NCBI GenBank assembly: GCA_001823095.1
Contig: MHTL01000012.1
Span: 1,035 to 65,034, forward strand
Length of the DNA stretch: 64,000 nucleotides
Source: Candidatus Vogelbacteria bacterium RIFOXYD1_FULL_51_18
GTDB lineage: Bacteria > Patescibacteriota > Minisyncoccia > Phycocordibacterales > UBA9988
Reading direction: 5' to 3'
The first letter of the stretch is position 1. Every line of letters begins with the position of its first letter. The position numbers were made by a program, and so were the translations under genes. This document shows, piece by piece, positions 51,992 through 62,062 of this stretch. The notes beneath the pieces were generated by a model that did no database searches, was not told the DNA's origin, and worked only from the letters and a program-made list of their open reading frames with translations.

Positions 51992-52098
51992 AAGACGAAT
52001 ACATAACACTTGCCCCACCCTTCCCGTGCGCGTGTTAAAAACTTTTGCCGACTTGGAGATCGGCAAACTCCCTAAAAACAAGCAAGCAACTGATATAT

Positions 52099-55000
52099 CT
52101 AAACTATACTTTCCCTCAATATGTATCCGACAACAGAACCTTTTGCTATTAAGAAATCTAGTATCACTAACACATCTTGTTTTAACTTTTTGGTCTCTCT
52201 TATTTTTGTACGATTTTTATAAATATACTTTCTGATAAGATTTTCTATATAGAAAAGCGTGTTTACCTCAAGTTTGGCAGTAAATAAGTTTTTATTTTTT
52301 ACTAACATACCTGATATCCACTGTACGCCATCCTCCATATAGGTACTCCCGATATCATTTAGTAGTTTTGAAATTGCATAGAGGGTTGAGGCACATTGTC
52401 CAATATTCTCCGAAATTTCTTTAAAAAATCTTTTATCACTATCTTTGAATGTATGCCATTCGGTCGCAGATTCTTTCCACGGATTTTGAGCAAAAAGATA
52501 ACTTTTAATAATTTTATCAACGTACCAATATCCATCTCCCTTTTTACAAAGCTCAATTATTTTCTCGTTAAATATTCTCCAAACTTCCCAAAATATCTCA
52601 TAAGAGTTTAAATAATCCTCAGCAGATATAAATTCCTCAAATAAATCAGCGATTGCCTCTGAACTATTAAATTTATCAAGAAATGGTTGAAGGTATTCTT
52701 GAATTTCTTCTTTTGAAGAACTCAAGACGAGATAGGCTAGTTTTTCTAAAAAACCATGCTTTGTCGCATAATCAACTCTGTCCTCTCTGTCATTTGAAAT
52801 TAATTTTTCAGCAAAAGCAAAGATGGTTTTTTTGACTACTATTTTATGCTCCTCATTTTTAGTTTTTAGAGGAATCAATTGGAAAGCTGTTTTTAATGTG
52901 TATAAATCTATCTGCTCAATATCTCCAACGTCACCAATTAACAATTGATTGTTTTGGATTTTCTCTAAATACACTTTATTTTCTTCCAAGAATCTTTTCA
53001 TTGCATCACTATCTTGTATATCGTACTGATTCTTTATATATTTTTCTTGGCGTATTTTTTCTCTTAACTCATCAAATTTTGGTTTCAAATATAAGTAGCC
53101 AAACAATAATGACTGAGCATCATCAAAATTGGTACTCCATAGCTTGTGAATAGCCGTGATTGAAAATACGTTAAAACTTGTACCAGCCATATCAATGGGA
53201 TAATAGTTAAACAAATTAAACAACAAAATTTCTTTTATCTTTCCTTTTTCTTTCGGAAATTTCTCAAATAGAACTGGCAATACCGAAATTGCCGATTGCG
53301 CACCATCAGTTACCTGATATTGATAGTTAGGGCCGGAAGACGAAGACACGGCTTCTAAAACAATATCGGCGCAAAATTCGCCTTCCTCTTTTGAAAGCTT
53401 ATCAAGAAAATCTCTAATCATGACAGAGCAGACTTCTGAGGGGATAGAATGATTTAAAAGGTAAAAACTTTCTTCTTCCGAGTGCTGAAGTTTTAATGAT
53501 TCAGGTTTTTTAACAGTTTTTAATTTTGCAATGATCTCTTCAACTTCCTTAAGCGGAAGCTTGGGATCGTCCTCATATTTATTATACTGCTTGTATTTTT
53601 CGTCATTTCTGAGCCTGAAATTTGCCCATAATTTTAATTGCAGGTATTTAGATGATTCGGAATTCTTTTCTAAAGATTTCTCGCTGTATTCTTTTAATTT
53701 CGGATCAATTTGAGGATTAAAATTAATCAAATATCCGTCATCAGTTTTTTCTGAGACAAGATTCATTTTCCTTCTATCCATTCTTGCCAAGTAAAGTCTC
53801 CACGTTTTGTCTGATTCGGTTTCTACCGATGGATCGGGTAACTTTTTGTAATAATCGTCCAATATTTCCCACAGAATCTTTTGTCTGTTCTTTGATTCCT
53901 CCTCATCAACTTCTTCACTTCTAAATAATTGGTAATTTAGAAATACATTCTCTAAAGACCATTTTCTATGCTTGTCATCACAGGTTTTTAACCTCTCCTC
54001 TTCGTGAATTTCATTTTTTGAATTGATACCAAAACTTGCTCTTAAAGACAGAAGTGAACTTTTTTGACCTTGGTCTAAAACTAACCTGCTAGTGTCATAA
54101 AGAAAAAAGTCTTTTGTTCTAAAAAGAATTTTAGCCACATTAAAAGTCTTTTCGGGATAAGCCGACACAACACTTGCAACCACGCCTGAGATAGAAGCTG
54201 ATTTTGAATTTCTAATTAGATACAAAAGCCAGCTTTCCAAAGTCTTTGAATCAGTAACCTTTCCAATTTCAAGGAAATACCTTTCTAAGGCCATGTGCAT
54301 TGATTCTAGGACGTGAGGAGCAACCTGCGTACCTCTGAACGCGCACCAAAGCCGACAGCTTATGTATTGTTTTATTGGCTTATCTTTTTCAATAAAGACC
54401 TCAACTTCTTCAACTTCATATTTAGCAAATTCAGATTTGGCAAAGTATTCTACTGCTTTATTTGTAAATTTTAATATGAAATCTATTGTTTCTTGGAGCG
54501 AAGATTGGAGCAGCCAATAAATTGGAGTCTGATATGAGCTAGCCGGAAAATAATCTAAATGATCATCTTCCATGTCAAAATGTTCCGCAATGTCTATCCC
54601 AGAACGACCGGAGAAGTGATCTTCTTTTGGCGTGAACGACCAAAATAAATCTGCTAATTCCAAAACATATTTAGGAAAAGTCTTGGCAATAGTGACCCCT
54701 TCAAATTTTGTCAAAATAATTTCAGATAAATCAACATAAGGGTCTCTGTGTCTTTTCCACTTATTCTTTACAATTTCTTTAAAAATTCCCTCTAGTTGGC
54801 CTTTAATCTCTAGGGAGCTATAAAGAATTGTCTGCAAGAGCTTATCTTTAGTACCATCGTCAGAAATATGGACGTCTTCTTTAATAGTCCATTGGTAGTA
54901 TTTCAGTGCCATTAAGCCAGAATATTTTGTCGTTTCTCCTTCCTTAAATTTACTAGTCCAATCGTGGATTATCGGCAAGATAAAATGGATATTTCTAATA

Positions 55001-56907
55001 CCAACTTGATCAAAGTTTTCAAAAACAAATTTAATAAGACTTTCCCATCCTTGTCCTTTCGGCCTCGTCAAAATATATTTGAGGGAAAAGATATTTAAAT
55101 TTTTAACTCCTAGCTGTTTAAAAAAGTCATCATCAACTTCCTTGCAGGCAATTCTTAAAAGGAAAAACATTTTGTGCAACAAGCTTTCTTCGTATTTATA
55201 GTTAACGGTTAAAGATTGCGCGACTTTGGATGAATTGTCATACTTGACTACTTTTTCTGGGATACTTAGTAATTCGTTTTTAAAGAATTCAAAGAATACA
55301 GAGGAGAAATCGGAAAGTAAAACAGAAACCAATATTTCATCTTTCCAAAAAGATTCTACCCCATTATTCTTTACAGCCTCTTCAATAAAGGTTTTTATCT
55401 CTTCGTTCTGTAGCAACAACTTTTCCGATACCCATTTTCTAAAAGCACGGCGCAAAGGCAAAGAACTGCCCAGATTTTGGAAAAAAGTTTTAGTGTCGGT
55501 CTTTTTCCCAAATTCAATTTGAATATTTTTTTCCAACGCCCACTCCTCATAGATATCATGAGTAATGAAATAGCCATGCGGCGATTCATATCCTAAAATC
55601 CCGTCCTTCTTTAACTCATTATCCAGAATTTCTGATTCACAATCTGGATTAATAAAGAACTGTCCATCGGTTGCCCTCTGCAATGCCATCTTTAAAAAGC
55701 ATTGTTCTCTTGCAGGTTTAGATTTAATAATTATTTTATTCCATAATTTGTCTTTAAAATCCGTATAGTTTATTTGCTCACCCTCCTTGTAAATCTTCAA
55801 ATACTCGTTTAAGTAAAATGGATTTCTAACAAGGTCTAGTAATTTTTCGTCACTCGGAAGAGAAAACTTATATGTCTCAGAAAGTTTACTTAGCTCCTTT
55901 GCTTCCAAATTTTGGATATTGATATTTAAAGGGGCAATTCCATAAATCTCAAAAAACTGATAGTTTAAATCTTCTAGATAATTATCTCTTGTAGTAAAAA
56001 TAACTTTCCAATTTTCCTTAACCACAATAGATAAAAACTCCTTAAAGGGGTCGGTGTTTTTCAAATCCAACAATTTTTCTGCGGAATCAATTGCAATAAT
56101 TTTATCGCCATCATTTTTATGCCCATCTAAAAAATCCTGAAAACTATACCCTGTAAAGAATTCACTTAGATTTCTCAGCTCAAATTCGGTTGCTTTGAAA
56201 ATATAGAAAGGTATCTTGCCTTTCGTTTCTTCATAGAAGTCTTTAATGACCGCTGTCTTTCCAACTCCACCAACACCACTCAAGATCAATACCTTATCTA
56301 GGCTAGTTTTTATTTTCTCCAAATTACCACTCCTGTCTATCTTTATATTTTGACCATTAAAGGCGATGGTCGTTTGTATCTCGCTTAATATATTCTCCGA
56401 ATGATCCTGTTGATTTTTTATTAGGTCAAATATACTTTTGTCTAAACTAAAAAAATGTTTAGCTATTATTTCGTTATCAACCGATACAAAAGTAGATTCA
56501 AAAAAACTTGCAGTTCTCCATTCTAACTTAATGCCAAGCGTATTCGCCTTACCCTCTACGTCTTTCTTCCCTTGAGGTTCTTTGCCTTTATTTTGTACCC
56601 ACTCCTCGTTAGTATATAAAATTAGCTTTGTAATATTTGTGTAATCTCTCTTTGCCTTTTCAAGGACACCAATCAGCTCAGTCGTATGGTTTGACAATGA
56701 TGTACTGTAAAACTTAGCTTGCCAACCTATCACTTCTTCTTTTTCTTGAACAGTATCTGTCTCTATGGCAGATTGATTTTTATAACGAAAAATTCCAACA
56801 ATTTTATTGAACTCTCTGCAAAATAATGAGTAACAAAACCACTCAAAATTGTTTTGAGGATTTTCGCTAAATTTCGCCTTAAAGATGTTCCAACTTGGCT
56901 TAATCAT
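52099..56907 (-). CDS. avs4: AVAST type 4 anti-phage STAND NTPase/nuclease
   Basis: N-terminus MIKPSWNIFKAKFSENPQNNFEWFCY...FRYKNQSAIET...GWQAKFY recognised as Avs4-like (Mrr-like QAK); P-loop GVGGVGKT; ~1600 aa. Confidence 0.9.
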   Translation of the reverse strand: MIKPSWNIFKAKFSENPQNNFEWFCYSLFCREFNKIVGIFRYKNQSAIETDTVQEKEEVIGWQAKFYSTSLSNHTTELIGVLEKAKRDYTNITKLILYTNEEWVQNKGKEPQGKKDVEGKANTLGIKLEWRTASFFESTFVSVDNEIIAKHFFSLDKSIFDLIKNQQDHSENILSEIQTTIAFNGQNIKIDRSGNLEKIKTSLDKVLILSGVGGVGKTAVIKDFYEETKGKIPFYIFKATEFELRNLSEFFTGYSFQDFLDGHKNDGDKIIAIDSAEKLLDLKNTDPFKEFLSIVVKENWKVIFTTRDNYLEDLNYQFFEIYGIAPLNINIQNLEAKELSKLSETYKFSLPSDEKLLDLVRNPFYLNEYLKIYKEGEQINYTDFKDKLWNKIIIKSKPAREQCFLKMALQRATDGQFFINPDCESEILDNELKKDGILGYESPHGYFITHDIYEEWALEKNIQIEFGKKTDTKTFFQNLGSSLPLRRAFRKWVSEKLLLQNEEIKTFIEEAVKNNGVESFWKDEILVSVLLSDFSSVFFEFFKNELLSIPEKVVKYDNSSKVAQSLTVNYKYEESLLHKMFFLLRIACKEVDDDFFKQLGVKNLNIFSLKYILTRPKGQGWESLIKFVFENFDQVGIRNIHFILPIIHDWTSKFKEGETTKYSGLMALKYYQWTIKEDVHISDDGTKDKLLQTILYSSLEIKGQLEGIFKEIVKNKWKRHRDPYVDLSEIILTKFEGVTIAKTFPKYVLELADLFWSFTPKEDHFSGRSGIDIAEHFDMEDDHLDYFPASSYQTPIYWLLQSSLQETIDFILKFTNKAVEYFAKSEFAKYEVEEVEVFIEKDKPIKQYISCRLWCAFRGTQVAPHVLESMHMALERYFLEIGKVTDSKTLESWLLYLIRNSKSASISGVVASVVSAYPEKTFNVAKILFRTKDFFLYDTSRLVLDQGQKSSLLSLRASFGINSKNEIHEEERLKTCDDKHRKWSLENVFLNYQLFRSEEVDEEESKNRQKILWEILDDYYKKLPDPSVETESDKTWRLYLARMDRRKMNLVSEKTDDGYLINFNPQIDPKLKEYSEKSLEKNSESSKYLQLKLWANFRLRNDEKYKQYNKYEDDPKLPLKEVEEIIAKLKTVKKPESLKLQHSEEESFYLLNHSIPSEVCSVMIRDFLDKLSKEEGEFCADIVLEAVSSSSGPNYQYQVTDGAQSAISVLPVLFEKFPKEKGKIKEILLFNLFNYYPIDMAGTSFNVFSITAIHKLWSTNFDDAQSLLFGYLYLKPKFDELREKIRQEKYIKNQYDIQDSDAMKRFLEENKVYLEKIQNNQLLIGDVGDIEQIDLYTLKTAFQLIPLKTKNEEHKIVVKKTIFAFAEKLISNDREDRVDYATKHGFLEKLAYLVLSSSKEEIQEYLQPFLDKFNSSEAIADLFEEFISAEDYLNSYEIFWEVWRIFNEKIIELCKKGDGYWYVDKIIKSYLFAQNPWKESATEWHTFKDSDKRFFKEISENIGQCASTLYAISKLLNDIGSTYMEDGVQWISGMLVKNKNLFTAKLEVNTLFYIENLIRKYIYKNRTKIRETKKLKQDVLVILDFLIAKGSVVGYILRESIV

Positions 56908-56981
56908 TGTAATTTTCTTAGGTTTTGGGAGAGTTCCATTTTTTCCATTCTGAACCTCTTTAATACGAATTATTCATAAAT

Positions 56982-59675
56982 TTATTTCTTATCAAATACC
57001 CTCACGACCTCATCAAAGTTTTTGAGTTTATCTTTTTCCCATTCTTCTTGTTTTATATAAAGTGCTTTATAGACAACCCGATTTTGGCGATCGTTCACAT
57101 CTACACACCACTTTTGCAGTCTTTCAAATTTCAACTTATCATTTTCTTCTTCTCGTCCTTTTGTTTCAATAATATATACAGTTTTTTCGTCTTTTTTAAC
57201 AAAGAAGTCTGGATAGTAGGTGGCGATAAACCCTTCCGAATTTTTATACTCAATTCTAAGCGCGCTCGCTTCCTTGTTTTGAAAGTTTTTTGCGAAAGAA
57301 ATTACATCATCACAATTTTCAAGAAAATCCGAAAATACCAATTCAAAATCACTATCCCCAACAATCTTATTGAAAACTGATTTTTTAGGTATTAAATATG
57401 ATTTGTCATTAACAACAAAAGGTCTTGCTTCGCTGATTTTTATATAGTTCTTTATTTCCGTATCGCCCTTGTCCTCTACAGTGAGATCATTGATAGCTTT
57501 TTTGAAAGAATCTTTAATGAGCCTTATATATTCAACTTCTGATAAGTTTCTCAAGGTATTGAGGTCTGACAAATTCACAGGACTATCAAACATATTATTT
57601 TGCAAAAACTCTCTTACTTTGCCGAATAAAATATCGTAGCAACCAAACAATCGTAGCTCTCGCATTATTGCTTGCGCAAAAAACCCGACAACGCTTTGAT
57701 AATCTGGCTCTATGTCTCCAGAAAGTATTGTTGTATGGTGAGTTTTTTCACCAACAACATCTTTAAAAACAATTTCTCGTTTTTCTTCCTCCGAAAATAT
57801 TTTAACCTTTACTTTTTTATTTCCAAACTTAGACACATCCAACTCGGCAAGATTTTTGTATTCTCGCTGAATTCTAGGGGACATTACCGGAATCTCAATA
57901 TCAAGTTTCTCAATATCTTTATTCGGATTATCTTTATCAACCTCAATAACCATCGGAGCTATTGGCTTAGCTCCTATTCCCATGGCTTTCTTCTCAAGAA
58001 TAACGCCCTCGCCTTTGATTGACTCAACAAAGTCCATAAAAGCGGGAGTTCCAACAACACTCACATACTCCTCAACATCATCTCTGCCAAAAAACATTCT
58101 GCGGAGTCCTCGCCCGAGAGTTTGTTCAGGAAGAATTTTTGAATCGGCGGCGTATGGTCGTAGCCCAACGATTGTCGTTACATTTTTTACATCCCAACCC
58201 TCTTTGAGCATCATTACAGAAATAATCACCTTGAAAGGACTTTCCCAACTATCAATTTCGTTTGCCTGTTTTCTAAGCAAATCCAATTCTTCTCTGCTTT
58301 TGCCAGATACACTTTCAGAAATTTCACCACTTTTATTTGTGTGAATGGTCAAAACCGCGCCTTTCAGTTCCTTAAAACTTGTTTCAATATAACCTGCCAC
58401 CTCATCACAGTTCTTTGTATCGTCTGTCATAATAAAAAGAATAGATTTCTTGCCCATCGGTTTTAACGCCTCGTATGTTTTTTGCCATTCTTCAATACCA
58501 AGATTTATATAATCTCTGTATTTTTCGCTAAATAGCGTGCTTTGATTTTCTTTTAACTTTCCTCGGCTCGCCGCGTCTGGCACAACCGGATTTTTTACCA
58601 CTCTTTGATGGATTGCTTCAACAAGCGGATAATCCGAAATTGTTTGCACAAAAATAGAGCCGTCATTCTTTTTTGGCGTAGCTGTCAAATCAATTTGCAA
58701 GGATAGTTTCGTTCCTTTTTGTTTTAGGCGATTATCTATGTCCGTAATAGATTTAACCCAAGCTGATTTGTCATCGTGCAAGTGATGTGCTTCGTCATTG
58801 ATTACAATAAGTTCGTCAATATCCCTCACAATCATTCCCAGATCAACAGTAGAATCGCTTGTTTTCGTAACTGGCTTATCACCCAAGAAATATGCAGAAG
58901 TATCCTCGTCTTCTATGCTTGAATCTTTTATATCACCCTCGAAAACTCTGTGGATATTAGTCAAAAATATATTTCCAGTATCAGAAACATTACGCAAATC
59001 ATCTTGCAAGTGCAAAGTCATTTGAAAATCATCTTGCCAGTTTTGCCCTTGGTATCCATTCTCCGGCAGAACAGGGTCGCTAAAAAATATCTTCAATCCC
59101 TCAAAATCATGTTTTATCCTTTCAAAAACGATGACATTCGGGGTTATTAAAAGAAAATTCTTTGCCAAATTAGAATCTTCCTCATATTTTTTATGAAAAT
59201 ACGCCCATGCGACAATCAAACTCATTACCTTTGTTTTACCTGCGCCTGTCGCCATTTTTATTACAAAACGAAGCCACTCCTCGGTAAACATTTGTGGGCT
59301 TAATACGCCGGTAGAATTGTAGCGAATGAGGTCGTATTTATCTTTTACTTTTGCTACTTCATAAAGCCAAATGACTGTTTCTAGTGCCTCTCTCTGTGCG
59401 AAATAGTATTTGAAATGAGAAGATACTCCTTGCTGGTCATACAAAATATGTTCTTCCTTAAACCACCAGTTCAAAAGTGATTTTGAAGTATCGCTCGCTC
59501 CATCATAATTTTTATCTCGCCATTCTTTTACTTTTTCTCGTAAACCAGCAACAAGAGGAGGTAAGAGTTTTTGAATAGCTCCCTTTTCTCTCAAATCTTC
59601 GTCAGCAGGAAACCACCGAATGTTCGGGTCAAGTATTGCGTATGGGTCTTTGGGAAAATCTTTATGGAGTGCCAT
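56982..59675 (-). CDS. res: Type III restriction endonuclease subunit
   Basis: MATGAGKT, DEAHH, TATP, MLKEGWD, QTLGRGLR, C-terminal YPDF...IETKG. Confidence 0.9.
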   Translation of the reverse strand: MALHKDFPKDPYAILDPNIRWFPADEDLREKGAIQKLLPPLVAGLREKVKEWRDKNYDGASDTSKSLLNWWFKEEHILYDQQGVSSHFKYYFAQREALETVIWLYEVAKVKDKYDLIRYNSTGVLSPQMFTEEWLRFVIKMATGAGKTKVMSLIVAWAYFHKKYEEDSNLAKNFLLITPNVIVFERIKHDFEGLKIFFSDPVLPENGYQGQNWQDDFQMTLHLQDDLRNVSDTGNIFLTNIHRVFEGDIKDSSIEDEDTSAYFLGDKPVTKTSDSTVDLGMIVRDIDELIVINDEAHHLHDDKSAWVKSITDIDNRLKQKGTKLSLQIDLTATPKKNDGSIFVQTISDYPLVEAIHQRVVKNPVVPDAASRGKLKENQSTLFSEKYRDYINLGIEEWQKTYEALKPMGKKSILFIMTDDTKNCDEVAGYIETSFKELKGAVLTIHTNKSGEISESVSGKSREELDLLRKQANEIDSWESPFKVIISVMMLKEGWDVKNVTTIVGLRPYAADSKILPEQTLGRGLRRMFFGRDDVEEYVSVVGTPAFMDFVESIKGEGVILEKKAMGIGAKPIAPMVIEVDKDNPNKDIEKLDIEIPVMSPRIQREYKNLAELDVSKFGNKKVKVKIFSEEEKREIVFKDVVGEKTHHTTILSGDIEPDYQSVVGFFAQAIMRELRLFGCYDILFGKVREFLQNNMFDSPVNLSDLNTLRNLSEVEYIRLIKDSFKKAINDLTVEDKGDTEIKNYIKISEARPFVVNDKSYLIPKKSVFNKIVGDSDFELVFSDFLENCDDVISFAKNFQNKEASALRIEYKNSEGFIATYYPDFFVKKDEKTVYIIETKGREEENDKLKFERLQKWCVDVNDRQNRVVYKALYIKQEEWEKDKLKNFDEVVRVFDKK

Positions 59676-59676
59676 G

Positions 59677-61773
59677 TTATATATTTACTTCAACTACTTT
59701 CGTCGTATCATTTCCGAAAATATCCACAACCTTTACGGCGATTTTGTGCTTACCTTTTGTCGCCACCTTTGGAGAAGTAACGAGGTCAAGATTTCTGTTC
59801 TTTTTTGTGCGGAAACTCTGCCATTCGTTGTCAAAAATATAGTCGCCAGTCCAAATTTCTTTTTCTTTGCCGTCTTCCATTATTTTTATGATTTCCTTTC
59901 TGCTCGCAAAATCAAAATCTACCGCCCAATAGTCAATCCAGTCGCTCCATTTTTTAGTCAAAATCTCCTTGGATATTTCTTCCGTCTTTTTATCTTTTGA
60001 AATTTTTACCACTTGGCCATCTTCCACCACAACTTTAGATCCGCCCGGGCGCAACGCCTCGGCTATCTCACCAGAATCATCTTGATTATAAAAAACAGAA
60101 AAATCAGTAAGCTCTATTGATATTTCTTTATCACTTCCTCGTCCTTTGATAATCGGCTTCGCCTCAATAAACGCAACATCATAAAACTTCACTTGTCCTT
60201 TTTCTACCGCTTTTTTGTCAAAAACTTCTCGTGGAATTATTCTGAAAGCGATATCAATCCCTTGATCTTTGTATTGTGAAAAATCCAGCCCCATTTCGTA
60301 ATCAAAGCCAAGTACATCAATTTTAGTTATTCCTTTTTCTTTGCATTCCTTCACAATATCTTGCACGAGTTTTGAGGAAACGGGTGTATTGATAGGTCCT
60401 ACCGCTACAAGGCGATCTCTTTTCTTGCCGATAACATTCACAAAAGATTCTATCGGCTCTGCTTTGTATGCGGAAAGTATAAGTTTTACAAATTCCTTTT
60501 CTTTCCTTTCGGCTTGTTTTGATTTTTCCTCTGCTCGCAAATCATCATTTGTCGCTAGGAAATTTTCTCTTTCATATCTCCCAACATTCAGAATCTCAAA
60601 AGCTCGAAAATTTTTACTTTCCTTTTTCAGTTCTCTTTGTATTCCAATTAGTCGTTTACGAGATGTGTGTATGCCGAATTTACCCAAATCAGAACCAATC
60701 CACTTTCTACCAAGTTTTTCAGCAACAGCGAGAGTCGTACCAGCACCGCAAAAGAAATCTGCTACAAGATCACCCTCATTGGTGGATGCACTTATGATTC
60801 TCTCCAGTAGTGCTTCGGGCTTCTGTGTCGCGTAGTCGGTGTTTTGAGTTTTATCGGCAGGTTGTAAACAAGCTATCTTCCATACATCATCAACTCTTCT
60901 TACATCTCTCATTTGATACTGCACATTACCACTCTCATCTCTAGCATTTATTGCTTTTCCTTCAAAATATTTTCTTTTTAATTGCTTAACGGGTTGGTCT
61001 CTCTTTTCTTCTTGTGGATTGAAAGTATAATTTGAATCTTTATTTTTTACATAAAACAATATTCTGTCGTGTGCGGAGGAATATTTTCTAGTACCACTCG
61101 CCATTTTATTATAGTAATACCAAGATATATCACCTAGGAAATTATCTTTTCCAAAAATCTCATCTAAAATACATCTTATATAAGAATTTGTTTTCCAGTC
61201 GCAGTGCACATAAATACTTCCGTCTTCAGCGAGTAACGAATACATAAGTTTTAGTCGCTCATAAAGCATCGCATTAAAACTATCCACCCCTTTACCCCAT
61301 GTATCACGAAAAGCGATCTCCTCTATGACGGAAGGTTTCTTTTTAAACTCATCTTCTCCTATTTTTATATCAATAGAAAAATCTGCGCCTACATCAAACG
61401 GCGGGTCAATATAAATCAATTTCAAACCGCCTTGCGCTTCTATTTCTTTGCGAAGTGGTCCATTTTTGAGAGAGGAGAGAATCAGTTTATTGTCTCCCCA
61501 AATCAATTTATTCGTCCATCCGGTTATTTGTCGTCCTGTTGTATCAAAAAGAGAATTTTGATTGCCGAATTTTGCATCACTTCTTGGCTCGTCTATTTGC
61601 TCAATAACTTGAAAAGGCAAGACAACATTCGTTACCTCATTTGTCTTTCCATTCCAAAGAAGCTCAACCTCTCTGTCATCATCAAAGAGCAAGAAACGAT
61701 ATTTTTCCGGAAGCGGTTTTCCCGCTTCCAAGTATTTCACAACATCTCTTTTTTCATTATCAGTTAATTTCAT
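59677..61773 (-). CDS. mod: Type III R-M methyltransferase subunit (beta class)
   Basis: IYIDPPF before DFFCGAGTT; TQKPEALL; directly upstream of res. Confidence 0.9.
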   Translation of the reverse strand: MKLTDNEKRDVVKYLEAGKPLPEKYRFLLFDDDREVELLWNGKTNEVTNVVLPFQVIEQIDEPRSDAKFGNQNSLFDTTGRQITGWTNKLIWGDNKLILSSLKNGPLRKEIEAQGGLKLIYIDPPFDVGADFSIDIKIGEDEFKKKPSVIEEIAFRDTWGKGVDSFNAMLYERLKLMYSLLAEDGSIYVHCDWKTNSYIRCILDEIFGKDNFLGDISWYYYNKMASGTRKYSSAHDRILFYVKNKDSNYTFNPQEEKRDQPVKQLKRKYFEGKAINARDESGNVQYQMRDVRRVDDVWKIACLQPADKTQNTDYATQKPEALLERIISASTNEGDLVADFFCGAGTTLAVAEKLGRKWIGSDLGKFGIHTSRKRLIGIQRELKKESKNFRAFEILNVGRYERENFLATNDDLRAEEKSKQAERKEKEFVKLILSAYKAEPIESFVNVIGKKRDRLVAVGPINTPVSSKLVQDIVKECKEKGITKIDVLGFDYEMGLDFSQYKDQGIDIAFRIIPREVFDKKAVEKGQVKFYDVAFIEAKPIIKGRGSDKEISIELTDFSVFYNQDDSGEIAEALRPGGSKVVVEDGQVVKISKDKKTEEISKEILTKKWSDWIDYWAVDFDFASRKEIIKIMEDGKEKEIWTGDYIFDNEWQSFRTKKNRNLDLVTSPKVATKGKHKIAVKVVDIFGNDTTKVVEVNI

Positions 61774-61777
61774 AAAT

Positions 61778-61984
61778 TTATTTGATTAAGTCTTCAATCG
61801 GAACGGCTAGTGCTTTTGCGAGACGCTCAATGTTTTTCAGAGCCATATTCCGCACACCCCGTTCAATACCGCTTATATAAGTCGAGTGAACACCTAAAAC
61901 TTTGGCGAGATCGGCTTGCGACATCTGTTTTTTGAGTCTAATTTCTTTAACCTTTTTTCCAAACTTGGCTGATATATCTGTCAT
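61778..61984 (-). CDS. XRE HTH, likely R-M controller protein
   Basis: MTDISAKFGKKVKEIRLKKQMSQADLAKVLGVHSTYISGIERGVRN; stop lies 4 bp before mod; start trimmed from the ORF track. Confidence 0.85.
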   Translation of the reverse strand: MTDISAKFGKKVKEIRLKKQMSQADLAKVLGVHSTYISGIERGVRNMALKNIERLAKALAVPIEDLIK

Positions 61985-62062
61985 AAATTCATATTTTACC
62001 CCTTGCGTGCATTCTATCAGATATTGTAATATAGTTCTATGTAGAATTATCATTCTACCCAT

